Below are positions 1 through 13,100 of a stretch of DNA of 64,000 nucleotides, in pieces; positions within the stretch are counted from its first letter, which is position 1; every line of letters starts with the position of its first letter. Both the position numbers and the translations under genes were made by a program. A model generated the notes under the pieces. That model searched no databases and had not been told where the DNA came from. It saw only the letters and a list, made by a program, of their open reading frames with translations. Origin of the DNA: Isurus oxyrinchus (Eukaryota); contig JANJGN010000035.1 of the NCBI GenBank assembly GCA_026770705.1, positions 14,012,001-14,076,000 on the forward strand, given 5' to 3'.

Positions 1-334
1 CAGAATTGTTCAAAGGGAAACTGTTTCATTTAATGCATTGTGTTGTGTAACAGCATCCATTCATAATGTTAAATAGTCATTCTTATAAAAGCAAATTTGA
101 TTTAACTTAAGGAGCGAGATTTTCCTGACAATATGATGGAATGTAAAGTTAAATAAACCGCCGGACACATTAACCATGCCGATAGATGTATTGAAAAGTA
201 CATTAAAAACAAAAGGGTTTGAGATTAACGGATGAATGACAAATTGAAAGTAGGAGGTCGCCAACGAAATAAGATATTGATGGATTGCTGGGTAAATTTG
301 GGGATAAAAATCGTTCATGGAACGTGGGCTAGGT

Positions 335-545
335 CAGCATATATTGTTCATGCCTAATTGTACGTGTTCAAAGTCAGCTATGGCGGCCAGAAGAGGTCAG
401 TAGATTGATTCCCTAACGATTTCGTGGTCATCAGCACGATTGCAGCTATAGTTTTGAATGTTAATGATTGAATTCGAATTCCAATTCAATTTGTGGGATT
501 CGAAACCATATCATGACGATAATTATTCTGTTACGCCATTCTTAC
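335..545 (-). mobile_element. Degenerate tRNA-derived SINE fragment (counterpart ~36085-36290)
   Basis: 'ttgaattcgaattcc...gggattcgaaacc' is the reverse complement of a B-box head; 'tttcgtggtcatcag' matches the body of the other SINE copies in the window. Confidence 0.6.
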
Positions 546-1924
546 TAAACAGGAAAATTAACAAAATGCCCCCAGAGCCTCCCCTTCTTCTGTCTTCAGA
601 TCACCATTGGAGAAGAATGTGTGTTTCAATGACAGGAAAGCATTACATTTAAATGTGCTTTGAAAGGGATAAATGTCAGGCCAAAAATAACATAATTGTG
701 GATGTGACGGTAACTCGCTTATAAATTTTCAACATGCAATACTGAGCTATATTATCATATAGAGCCAGGCTGGTTTGGAATTAACCGAAAAGTTGACATT
801 TTGCCATCTGTGAAAGTGCCTTGTTAATCACGAAGGGTACGTGGCCCGAATTCATGTGGATGTTTGACACTGCACTGGTCAGAGCAGTGGTGCTTAACTA
901 GCAGCCATATTAATTTACAAAGCAATCGAAGCGACGGTCCAGTGAGAGGGACGCTCCCTTACCCAACACCAACAAGAAGAGAAACCAAGTCAGCGGCTCA
1001 GTTGTAAACCAAAAAATCGGGTGCAGGTATGTTGCAGACACGTGTGGTAATGCTTTATTCTTACTTAGGTCACAGTTTCGAAGGATAATATTTTACTTTC
1101 AGGATATTCAAGGCAAATTCTTCAGGTCGATGTGTGTCGGGAGAGCAACAATTAACCTGTTATGTTGACTTCCCTTCTCCATTCCAAGGGAAGTCACATG
1201 TATAACATTTACATGGTCGACACACTGTCCGAAAACTAAATCTTCTCTTCATAGCCTGGCCTGTTTGAGTCCATTCTCTCGCCAGCTCCTCAGTGTGCGG
1301 GTGCCCGTAACTTATCTTTTCTGCAGAAAATGTGTCCATCTCCGTATATCTCACGGGTGAACCAGGAATGCCTGAGGGAAAAGATGACTATTAGGGACGC
1401 CGATAATGGGGTTAGGGATGGCAATAGCTGCTATAAGGCAATCGAGATTCTATGTGTCCTTATGATACCGAAAAAAATGTATTTGTCAGCAGTTTAACAG
1501 GTCCAAAGAATCAGCACGGAAAACAGGTTTTGGGAGACCGGATACCTTTTGAATCCCTTTTATTTTAGTCAGTATCCAGGCCGTTTTAGAGCAGATAGCC
1601 CCGGCTTGGATTATTTTTTTTTTTGTGTGGAACATATTGGAACATAAAGTCCTTATTGTTGCCTAGCACATAAGCAAACTTTTTATTTTTCATTTTTTCG
1701 TTGTAAATTGGTGATTGATTTGCAAAATGTCAGCCGTTTATTCCCGTGTTGCATCAGTTGCAAAAGGAAATCGGACTGTTTGTCGCTCAATTTGTTACAT
1801 TAAATAGAGCGATGTGAGGGGACCATTTATGAAATAAATAAAGGGAGGAAAGCCAATTTCAGGAAAATCTCTGCGTGCTCCACGAACAATAGGGGCTTGC
1901 CTCTCAGATTAATTTCAGCAACTG

Positions 1925-2355
1925 GTTATTATATTTACAGTTAACAGAATGCAGATTAAGGACACTATCTAATGCCAAATATATTGAAACGAAATTAGAT
2001 ATAAAAATTCCATCAGTGCAATTATTTTTCTATTTTCTATAATGGCCACTGCAACGTCAAATTAAATCACTATACCCCATTATAACTGTTTTATTATGAT
2101 TACTATTAGCATCATCATTATGGAACAAAGGAGGCAACTTCGACTCATTATTATAATCGCAGTTAACAGAGTACTGATTTAGGACAATATTTAATCCTGT
2201 ATAATGTCGAATTAAATTAGGCGCCAAGGTTCCATCCGTGCATATATTTGTGTTTTTTTTTCTAGAATGGACAGTGAAACGCCAAATTTAATAGCCATAC
2301 TCCTTACGATTGTGTGATTATGATTATTCTTGCCTTCATCATTATTACGCACAGA
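1925..2355 (+). repeat. Two-copy ~225-bp direct tandem duplication (also at ~37655-38085)
   Basis: 'cagttaacagaatgcagattaaggacactat...ttccatcagtgca...catcatcattat' repeated as 'cagttaacagagtactgatttaggacaatat...ttccatccgtgca...ttcatcattatt'. Confidence 0.85.
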
Positions 2356-3344
2356 AATAAATTTCTGTTAAAGTATTTACACGGGCCTGCATTCTTCGAA
2401 TAAATTGGACTGTCCTGGAAACTTTAGTTCTGTTGACAATTGCAGCAAAAATCTAATTGGAAATAGCAGATTCCTCCAATTTCAGGACGCTTGTCAGACA
2501 AGTGAAGAAAAAGTGGTTCGGACATGAATGAATAAAGAAAAGCTTTCGATTGACACTAAATCGATTCCTTCAGGAGGGAAAGGGAGTTCCCGTTGGAATT
2601 GCAATGTCTTGGGTTCTATTGCGCTCCGTTATCAAAACACACAAGACTGTGGTTCGCGAAAAAGTGACTGAAATTAACACAAACATTACCCACGTGACAT
2701 AAATGTTGGCTTCACAACGTTTGAACTTGGTTAACTGGTAAAAATTATATATATATTTATATATTTGCATTCGTCGCCATATCATTTATAATCTCAAAAC
2801 ATTCCGTGAGGAAACATATTATGCCAGAAGTATTATTGTTCAGCCGTTATTAAGTGAAATGCTCACAAATTAATCTCTGCGGAAATATTCCTTTTTCACT
2901 TAGGGTATATGCTGTTCCATAAAATAAAACATGGCTGAATCACGCAGCAATGAAACCGGGCCGACCGGTCACCATTTACACACAATCTGGTCCAGCGGAT
3001 GTCCCGGTGACTCACAAAGGCTGCCAGATTAATTCAATAACCGGAGAAGTAACCAGCCGAGAGATTGCGCTGGAACATCCAAAAGCTCTGGGTGTAAGAT
3101 TAAATCACTTTTTAAACTCTAATCTTAGTCAGCATATTCACATGGGTAAAAACTTTAACAGGTCGTGTTGCACAGTCAATATACAATGAGCAAAATGGTC
3201 CTCGCGTTTATCTGTAAGAACAGCATGAAATAGATGTTAACATTAGCTCCCTTCTTTCTCCACAGTAATAATGTGTTTATAATTTCAATAGAAATACAAT
3301 TCAACAAATGTGCAATTCTATTTCGAAACTTTGCTTTTTTAAGT

Positions 3345-3730
3345 CAATCTCGGGTTGTGGGCATTCTTGACAAGCTCTGTATTTGATATTCACTTAAAGT
3401 TCTCACCTTGACAACACTGTGTTGGTCTTTGGTTTCGATCTGCCACAGTCTCTGTGGCGATGATGCACCCAGAATGTTAGTGCGAAGTAGTGGAGGATTT
3501 TGAGCGAGTGAGGCTGAGGGAAGGATCACTTACTTACAAGTGAGAATGTTGTTTGATTTATATGGGCTTTTGGAGATGTTAACAGTCCTACAGTCTCCTC
3601 GCTGGTAGTTCTGGCGGGTTTGTTAGGTGCTGTCCAAAATGCTTCGATAGCTTCACAGATTTTATCCTCAAAAGAAGCCAACTGCATCCTACATTCCACG
3701 AGTGGTGGAGGGGTGATAGTTTGAACGGTC
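3345..3730 (-). mobile_element. LINE (CR1/L2 superclade) RT fragment; counterpart ~39048-39445
   Basis: Degenerate RT-type coding sequence on the minus strand; the copy B ORF reads 'IKYRASQGCPY' (PQG-like motif). Confidence 0.55.
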
Positions 3731-3784
3731 ACAAGTCTAAGTGTTAATGACTAACTCAGGATATTTTACAAGATTTATTTCCTG

Positions 3785-4815
3785 ACTCCCCCCTCTTCTT
3801 CCCCTCCTTACAATTCTTACCCTTTACTACCTCATTTCCCTCCCTCTACTGACAGACTCCTCTGCTCTCTACCCCTCTCTCTGTCAGTTCCTCTAGCTAC
3901 GTATCTCCCCAACATCCTCTTTATTCTCTCTCTCTTCTTGTTAATGAATAATTCATGATGTTTTCTGCGATTTTTTTCCCAAATCTCTTTTCGTTTTTCC
4001 TCCTCCTCCACTTATTTTTATTTCTTTCTCCCTCTACCCCCTTCTATTTCCTCTGTCGCGTCTCCCTTCTCTACAACCTCGCCTCCCATGTTCTCTTTCT
4101 CCCTGTCAATCAAATCCCCCACACAGCTCTCCCTTTCTCCTTCTCCATCCCCATCTACATATCGCCCACCCACCACTAGGTCCCGTGCTTTCTCTCTATC
4201 ATTCCCATCCATCCACAACCCATTCTGTCCACCTCTCCCTTTCTGCATCTCCATCCCTGCTACCCCTCCCTCTCCCTGCTCTCCCCCTCTCTTTCATTCG
4301 CCCTCCATCCCTATCTCTCTCTTCCAGATATTTCTCATATGCTCTCCCAGCTCTTTCTCTCTCTTTCCCTCTCTTGCTCAGTGTTTGTCTCTCTCTCTCC
4401 CTCTCTACCTCTGCATCTCTATCTCTCCCACTCACTGCCATCTCCCTGTCCCTCTCTCTGTCCCCCATTGCTCTCCACCATAATCCTTCCTGTCTTGCTC
4501 TCACTGTCTCCAGCTTTATCTCTGCCACACAGTGCCAACTCCTGCTGTCTTTCCCTCTCTCCCTCCTCCCCACACAAAGCCTTGCTGTCTCCCTATCTGT
4601 CTGTCCATCCATCACTATCTCTCCCACCCACAGCCAACTTCTGCTTTCTCTCTCTTTTTCTCCTACCGACCCTACCCCCGCTATCTCCTTCTCCCACTCT
4701 TTCCCTCCATCTCTATCTCTCCTACTAACGCCATATCCCACTGTCAGTCTATCTCTAGATCCCTCTTTGTCTCTATCTTTCTGTCTGTCTCCCTCGTTCT
4801 CTCTCTCCCTCTCAC
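3785..4815 (+). repeat. ~1-kb degenerate CT-rich polypyrimidine tract
   Basis: Almost purely C/T with (CT)n runs; source of the Ser/Leu/Pro ORFs on + and Arg/Glu/Gly ORFs on -. Confidence 0.9.
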
Positions 4816-7800
4816 TTGGAGTTATGTTTTGGCTGTGTGAACTCTGTGGTATTTGCTTTATTTTTAGGTCATTCAGATTATCTTGGGAACGTTGTCCATT
4901 CTCTACTGGATTATTCTGTATTGGACAACGATAGCACTGAGCCCAGTGCCCTTATCAAGAATATAAAGAACACATTGGTTGAGCGGAACATCGGTAAGTT
5001 TCAGGTCGAGGTGTGGAGCAGTTAATCTGAGTTGTAATCGGAGGGTTCGAATTGAACATGTTAGAATGTTGAATTGTATGCGTCCTTTCATGCACCACAG
5101 CATAACTGCTTGAATTTCAATGTCAGTCCGCCAGAAATTAACGCCAATATTTGGTTTGCACTTCTAGGATTTTGTTAATCCTCGTAGCTACTTTCAATCA
5201 CATGTGAATTTCTACTCTCGGTCAACTTATTAGGATATTGGCGATAGTTTTATTCCACAGACCAGAATGTACCACTTCCCACAAAACTGAACTGCAATTA
5301 ATTTGTGAACAGGATTTTCAGATATATTACTACCTCCTGTATTTCTGCTGCAATCTGCTTCAGTGTTAAATATGAACACACATTTCTATTCATCCACAGC
5401 ATCTCTAATGTGCCACGTGAAAATCGTTGATCTCATTTTCAGAGATAATTTGTTACCTCGCCAATACATTTCATTCATAACCTTACAACGATTCCTAAAT
5501 CGTCTTCTCCTCACTTTCTCGGGCTTGCAACTGGCTGGAAGATGTTGTGTTGCATGTTTTTAGATCTGGGATAAATGTCCCCTCACATGACAAACAGTGA
5601 GTTCCATATGTTACAGTCTCACCCGGATGCTCGTGCTGCGTTGCAACATGTTGCTGTGTTAAGTGAGTGATATTATCTCAAGTTGCTTCTTCCTTTTTGC
5701 TACTTTCATCTCTCGTCCACATTGCTCATTGCACCCATCACTTACCTAAGACAGAGCACTTGTATATATGACTCCCTATTCCTTCATCTAACCTTCACCA
5801 AATGCCAGCAAAAACCGTCACCCCAACACACATCAGTAGGAGACAACTCTGATCAAAGCAAGCGAATGATCAAGCAGAAGAAAATAAAAATATTCATAAT
5901 TTATGGCATTTGTTATCTTATAAACATGATCTACCAAGTGAAATGGATATTTTCACTTTTTGTTCCAGTTTATATTTTGTGGGAGCCTGTGGCACTTTCT
6001 GGGAAAGGAATGGAATGCATGCCTTGTGAGTATTTCAATATTGAAATTTGTTGAATCAAAAATTTTTAATTCCAGGGACTTTGCTTTAATGTTTATTTCT
6101 GTAACTAGCCAGTTTAGGGCGGATTCGAAAACGAAACTTCATGCCAAAGTGTACAGCCATCTGGTATCTCAGATGATGGGGTAGAACAGCTATTTGTCTT
6201 ATAGTGTAAAAGCAACAATAGCGAACTGGCAAACCGTGTTACATTTCTCCAATTTCGTATCACAAAAGGAACAGAGTCAAAATCAGAGATTCATTTTAAA
6301 TGTAGATTGAACCAGAGTTGGAATCCCTGCTCATAGTTCTGGACAGAAATGAATAAAGGCATCGGAGAAACTGATCCCAAGGCTGAAAGGGGATCTAATT
6401 TTTCCATTCAGGATTATTCCCCGAGTACATAAAGGGCCACATTTTGTGATATGTCTTGCAGACAAATCAAACTGTTTTTGTTTTGAAATAAAATAATTGC
6501 AATTCGTATTGATTGGAACTTCTATATCTTTGGCTGGGTGCACCAAATGTATTTTCGGCCAAGCATTCAATGGCTGTGTGTGAAACTTCATGGTGGACAG
6601 AATCGAAAATGAATTACTGCTATCTCTCAGAAGCTGTAGGCCTGTCTGGTTGCGAATTTGACCACTGTCTTTGTGCTTTCCTTGGATTTGTTCGTGTTGC
6701 ACGTCGACAACGTCATTTGGACAAAATTATGTGCTTTCGGAAGTGCAGAAGGTCGTTGTGCCTTGTCTGTGAGTACACAGTAAAATATTCACACACGATC
6801 GAATTACGCAAATCCACAAAGGCAGCTCCAGCATTTGTTTGCTTTATTTGTTATAGACTTATTGAGAATGGGCAGTACAGAAGGGGCTCACTCAGTGTTA
6901 CTGTCCCATACCAACCTCCTTTAACATGAATATAGCTTTGCAGGAAAAATAATTTGCGTTTGCCTATCACAATAAACTCAGGTCCTTCTTAGTAGTGTTA
7001 CCAGCCTCACACCCAGAAGAAAAATGGTGGCATAAGCCTGGGAAGCCAAAAACGTATTAAAAGAGATGGGCTTGAGGAGCACCTTAGGGAGCATGGCTGC
7101 TGAGCTGACTGGTGCAATATGGCAAATGGGCAGCTGTGTTTTGTTTGAAATGAAATTTAGGGAAGAATGAAATTGAGCAGGCGTGTCCTGAGAGAATTAG
7201 TATAGTTGAACCTCGAGACACCAGTTACTGATAAGAATTTTCATGTCCACCTACCTAGTTGCCACTTAAAAGCACACAGACAGAAATTGAACAGGTTAAG
7301 CACCCTAAGTCTGAAGTGCCAACGCCGCCACAACACCTCCTCACCCCTCCCCCTCTCCCCTCGTGGCATTTAACAGCCTTTGACTCGTGACAACCTCATA
7401 TTTATCGTTTTGTATTAACTGAATAAGTGGAAAATGAATTACCCTGCGCCTACCTGCTGAAATCTCTGTTTATTTGGAAATATCCCTCCTATATTCACCG
7501 CTCAGACTTCTGTTTTCTAGTTGAAAGGCCCCAGCCTACGCATCTGTTTGCATTGTCAAACACCTTCTTCGCAGTTCCAGAAACCAACTTGTTCGAACTA
7601 CGTTTTGGAGGTTAATTCATTCATGATTTTTTTATGAAGTAAACCGAATATATGGATGACTTTGGCATTGGTGTAAATAGACCACAGTTAGTCGCCTGAT
7701 GCTTTTAAAGGCCGTCCCATCTGCTGCTTGACTTTTTATTTATCCGCTATCCTGGCCACTCATTGCCAAAGGTACCCGCGAATATCCCGCCACCTGAGAT

Positions 7801-8384
7801 TATGAGATAGTACGAGGAAAAGAAAGCCCATACATTTAAACTTACATGGAGGTCTATTCGATGGCAACTGGCGAGAGCTGTCTCCAAACACAGCGTTGCT
7901 CAGTACAATGCTACATCCGATCTGTTTACTTACCCCATGAGTAAATAAATTCTCTGCCCAATACTCTATTTCAATTTTCTGTATGAATTGTGCTGTCACA
8001 GTGGGCACAAGTATCTTCGTATTCGGAGAACTTTCTGCTTATTATCGATTGCACTTAAAATGTTCTTGCCACCGATGTACAGGAATTTCCTTTCGAGCCC
8101 CGAGTCGTCCTCTCTATCCTCGTAGTGTTGGAGATATCCACATCAATCGCTGTTTCTACTTTCGTATGTGAGGCGCTGTGCAGCAATTCAAAGAAACAAG
8201 TCAATAATGTAAGTACGTACTTGGGAACAGTTAATATTCAGTGTTGATCTCAAGAGAAACAAGCGACTGGAATGTACGCTGCACCATTTCTGACCATTAG
8301 AAAGCGTCTTTCAGGGAGCGAAACAGTGTCTTATCAATAGCAGTCTGATTATGACTATCCTATAAATGTGTGTTTTCGTCAACA

Positions 8385-9100
8385 GCTCCAAAAATAAGAG
8401 GGATGTGGATGTCCAAGTGCATGAATCACAAAATGCTATTGTGCAGTGCAGCAAATAATTAGGAAAGCTAATATAATGTTATCATTTATTGTTAGAGGAA
8501 TTGAATACAGAAGTAGGGATATTACGCTTCAGTTGTACAGGCCACTGGTGGCGTTTTGTATCCAGAGCTGGTCCCCTTAGTTAAGTAAGATATAAAAGCT
8601 TCAGAAGTAATTCAAAGAATGTTTGCAAGACTAATACCATGAATGGCACGTTTGCTTATGAGGAAAGACTGGACAGTTTTGGCTTGTATACAATGGAATG
8701 TAGAAGTCTTATTTTAAACTTACTTTAAAAATATTAGAGTCTGAGATGTCTTGATAGAGTGTACATGGAGAGTATGTTCCCTCTTGCAGGGAATCTAGAA
8801 TTAGGGCCACTTCTTAAAATTAAGGGGTCAACCATTAGGACAGATCTAAGTGGCATTATTCCCCTCAGGGGGTGGAAAGCCTTTGGGACTCCATTCGTCA
8901 AAAGGTAGTGAAAGCAGTTTATTGAACATTTTTAAGGCAGAGGTAGATAATTCCTTGATTAACTGGGGAGTGAAAGGGTATCGGATGTCGGTGGGAATGT
9001 GGAGTTGGGGTTATATTCAAACCAGCCATGAAATTATTGAATGGTGCAGCAGGTTCGTGGGGCTGATTGGACGACTCCTGCTCCTTCTCTGTATGTCTGT
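8385..9100 (+). mobile_element. CR1 LINE 3' portion (counterpart ~43912-44640)
   Basis: Degenerate CR1 ORF2 C-terminus ('aaagctaatataatgttatcatttattgttagaggaattgaatac', 'tttaaggcagaggtagat') and a typical 3' UTR ending 'gactcctgctcc...tgtatg'. Confidence 0.85.
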
Positions 9101-9279
9101 ATAGTCAAATCCATGAAATGCAGTCGGAAGTGTTAACTTGGTATGGAAAAGTCTCCGTGACATGAATCTGTGGGTGGTTGTAGAGAATGCATGCTTTTCA
9201 GATGCCAGGGCGTTCCACAAGGCTCATTCTTAGATCAAATACACTTTCCTAACTTCTTTAAACGAACAAAAGGCTGGGC

Positions 9280-10385
9280 TAGGGAAAGACCATGATAAAG
9301 GTCGTGGCTGAAACACAATTTGCCATTTGGTGCATATTGGTGGCTGAGGTTGATGACTCAAGATTGCATAGACAGAATAGCGAAATAGGAAGAGGCATTA
9401 TAGATGGAACTGAATCCTTGTAAGTATTATGCTTGAAAAGGTGAATACGGCAGGACAATGTACCATTACTATTCCGAAAAGTGCATGTATATATATATAT
9501 ATATATATAGATAGATAGATATGTGATTTCATATATATATGTATATATATATATTCATAAAGACAAATATATAACTGGCTGAAATACTAAATTTTGAGAA
9601 ATTCCATTCCGATTGTAAATAAATCACGAGGATTTGACTGATTTACCTTGTTTTGCACCTAGGAAGCACCGGGGATCAGAGGGGTCTCTGTGTACATGCA
9701 CATAGATCCCTGAAGGCAGCAGCACAGGAAGATAAGCTGATTAAGAAGGCAAGTGGGATGCTTGCCGTTATTGGCCATGGCTTGGAGTTTAAGGGCAGGG
9801 GTGCTGAGTTGAAGCTGTATAAAACGTTAGTTAGGCCCCATCTGGATATCTGTGTGCAATTCTGGTCACCACACTGAAGAAATCATGTGATTGCAATGCA
9901 AAAGGTGCAGAGGAGAATCAATAGAGTATTGCCAGAGCTGGAGCATTTCAGCTATGAAGAGAGACTGGATAGGCTGATGTTATCTTCTTCCGAGCAGAGA
10001 AGGCTGAGGGGGGAGCTGATGGATACATATCAAATTGTGAGCGGAATAAATAGGGCAGATAGAAACGTTTCCCCTGAGCAAAAGTGTTAATAAACAGGGA
10101 GCATAGATTAAACGTAAGGGTCAGTGGGCTTCGACTAGGCCCTTTATTTCACCCAGAGGATGGGAGTACCTGGAACACTGCTTGAGAGGGGCATGCTACT
10201 GCTGTTGAGGCAGGAACCCACACAACATTGAAGAAGTGTTCAGATGAGCGTTTGAAATGCCATTGCACACAGTGATATGGGACAAGTGCTGGGAAATGGA
10301 ATTAGAATAATAAGTACTTGGTCATGGGCATGCACACGATTGGCCAAAGGAACGTTGTCTGTGCTATATGATTCAATGACTCTTT
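9280..10385 (+). mobile_element. CR1 LINE 3' portion, interrupted by a TA microsatellite (counterpart ~46285-47045)
   Basis: ORFs 9653 'KKASGMLAVIG...LYKTLVRPHLDICVQFWSPH' and 9887 'KVQRR...YEERLDRL...RRLRGEL' are canonical CR1 ORF2 C-terminal motifs; 3' end 'tgtgctatatgattcaatgactct'. Confidence 0.9.
9487..9553. repeat. (TA)n/(TAGA)n microsatellite
   Basis: Directly visible; absent from copy B. Confidence 0.95.
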
Positions 10386-12483
10386 TTATGCACTGCTTTG
10401 ACATCAATTCTGGTTTCATTCACAGCCGCCTAATGAGTTCACTCTCCTGGACATTGGCTCTAAAACGGCCATAATCTAGGGCCCAGATGTCGCAATGTGA
10501 TACCTCTTGTACTGCTCTATTCCATTGTTCATTAGCACAGCAGGAGGTTCAGTGGGAGCAAATCTGTCACCTACACGAACGAGTCGAGTCCATGACTGCA
10601 GTTGCCTTTATGTCCAGAATGCACGTTGCTGACTGAAGTTTAGGTGAGAAATAGAATAAAGAGACATGGGGGAACTGACCAACTGAATCTGAAAGGAAAG
10701 CAGGAGCTTATTCCTCCCTCCATTATTGTGCTGGCGCTTTGAAAGATTTCTACAATTAATCAGTGTTCCCATGATATTTTCCCATAAGCCCTCAAGTATT
10801 TCATAAATGCATATTTGGAAGCTAATATTGAACCTCCTTTCGCCAGTTTATCAAACCGTATATAAATGTTTTCCCACTTTCCCCTTCACTTTTATCCCAA
10901 GTCTACATACCGCTCCTCTCATCTTCTTATTCTCCCCTCCTCCACCTTGACATCTCAATAATCAGTGATATATTTCCAATAATACCTTTCTGCACTTCTA
11001 CATTTTCTCCCATGTAGCACTTAAATGCCTCCCCTCCGAGGTGCCCAGTGCGGCTGTATAGCCCCGAACCCGCTTGTCTTCACCTGTCATCATTGTTACC
11101 CACTCCTTTCTCAGACTCAGAGGCCCATCCTCGGCACGGCCTTTCATTGATTCTCGTGTTCAAATTCCCAAGTGTTGCACTTTTAAAACGAGGTTTGTTC
11201 GAAAAATACATCAAAACTCTGGCGAAGACCACTTGGCAGAAACTGCTTCGTACCAACCACACCCAGGGTACTTGAGATCAGGGGAAACCTCTCGTTAACC
11301 CCGCCCCTCCCACTCTTTCTTCACTTCACCCATCTGCCCACATTTTTCTATCAATTCCTTGCTCCGCACATGTTTCAAACTCCGGGCATCACTGTAAATG
11401 GATCTCCAACGTCATGAGGTCTTGGGGGGCGGTATGCTAATGAATATTATATTCCTCCTGACCTCTCTTTTCCCCTTTGGGTTGACCGGGTCTCCCTGGA
11501 ATCCAACGCTTAGCTTTCTTTCTCTTTTTGTCATTAAATACCGTGTTCATCAACAGATGCTTCAATTCTATACATAGGCAAAAATAAACCGGGACCTGTG
11601 CCATTCCTTTTCATGTGCTCCCACAATACGCCTGGTCGATCCTCAGCATGGGTGACAATTAGAGTTCATGGTTTACCAGCGTCTGTCAATCCAATTCAGG
11701 CTCCAAAATCCAATTGCTGTAGCGCCTTTTTCCGCATATCCCACCAAGGGCTTCATTCTAAACCAGCAGTGTTCTGAACAGCAGGCAGTCTGCAGCAGTC
11801 TCTTCCATTCACAAATCAGTGAAAACGAGTTACTGATAAACAGGGAAAAATCAAACCACAGGAAGGTCTGACCTGCCTTTCAGCCCATGTGCCACAGTGC
11901 TCCTGGTCGGTTAATGTTGTTCCTGGCCAACAGGCTCAAAGCATCAAATTGGTCTGCGAGAGCGAGCTGCCACGTGGAAGCATTCAATGATCAATATTGT
12001 TAAACACGCTGCTCAGTAAAGTGCTGGGAATGGGACAAAGTCGAGCCTTTTATTATACACATTGCCGTGTCCATTCTTCTTCTTATCAAAAAGCTTACAG
12101 TTTTCACAATTTAGTAATTTACTCAGAATTCCCTTTCATAATTTCAGGGAGACAGGAACAAACTTTTTCACAATCAAATAAAATTTTAATAACGGCATTG
12201 ATTTTCCACACACTAACATTAATGTCGTCCCGTGATTCACGTCGTCTTCAATATTCTGGAGGCCCAAATCATTAACGTGGTAGAAACAGTGGTTTTCACA
12301 TTTCACGTTGCTGTTAAGGAGCCAGTCGTTGGCTGGGAGCAAGACGAGATACTGGGAGGCAGTCGGACTAGCTTGTGTTGGCAATGATCTATTGAGGGCG
12401 AATTATGACTGGGGAAAATAAGGAGGCGAGGGATTTGTTGTGAGATCATGGAGAGCATGGGGTGGGGGATAAAATCTGATGAA

Positions 12484-12556
12484 GCTTGGGTAGTTTATTC
12501 GGTACAGTACACGAGATTGAGTCTGCGAGTTCACGGTTCGGGTGTTGCATTTCCCA
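12484..12556 (+). pseudogene. Highly decayed tRNA-Lys(UUU) pseudogene, module A, copy A
   Basis: GCTTGGGTAGTTTATTCGGTACAGTACACGAGATTGAGTCTGCGAGTTCACGGTTCGGGT aligns without gaps to vertebrate tRNA-Lys-TTT (GCCCGGATAGCTCAGTCGGTAGAGCATCAGACTTTTAATCTGAGGGTCCAGGGTTCAAGT) at roughly two-thirds identity; upstream flank homologous to that of 18861/54244. Confidence 0.7.
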
Positions 12557-12934
12557 CTACAATTGAGTAGGTGAAAGGCAATTCCTGCTGCATTCTCTTG
12601 GTCCTTCAACAAAAGCTGAGATTAAGACATGCCAGGCTGAAATAGTCTGCCACTAACAAACTGTTTAAACACCGGGGATATGTCGATCAGAATACCATTA
12701 CTTCTGCTACACTGAACAGAATGGGAGCCACAGTGTTCACATGTTACACTATATAAACATTCAGAGCGCAGAACCTCGCTAATTCATCTGTTCCTGCTGA
12801 CTCTCGGAGGTATATATAATTCTGGAGGATGCCTGTCTGAATAGCAGGGGCAGATGCAGCAGGTAGTGACCGTCTCAGCAGCTCCAATGATCAATGGGCC
12901 CGCAGTTTATTTCCTACCTGACTCACAATTTCCT

Positions 12935-13100
12935 GAATAGTCCTTATATACCTTGATTCTCACAGGCCCCTACCAATTATCGCTCTCAATCTTGAATACA
13001 CTTAGCCGGCACCTACTGTCCACCTGTATCCAGAATTCAAATGATTCACAGGCCTCTGTACACTCGGACAGCTTCCTTCAATCGAACGTCTAATTCACAT
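12935..13100 (-). mobile_element. Short CR1 3' fragment (counterpart ~49630-49790)
   Basis: 'tcaatcttgaatacactt...agaattcaaatgattcacaggcctctg' is the reverse complement of CR1 3' coding/UTR sequence. Confidence 0.55.

Noticed and set aside
1015-1035. Splice-donor-like GCAG|GTATGT (copy B GCAG|GTAAGT at ~36770)
   Set aside because: Upstream frames are not conserved between copies (indels and a stop); single donor motifs are common by chance.
3955-4934. Long overlapping ORFs (up to 249 aa) in the CT tract; likewise 39403-40292
   Set aside because: Stop-poor low-complexity artefacts, open in several frames and on both strands.
10440-10495. 'taatctagggcccagatgtc' resembling the tRNA-Lys variable region; also 'ctcagattaa' at ~1902
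   Set aside because: Too short, needs gaps, and is not supported by the copy B counterparts.
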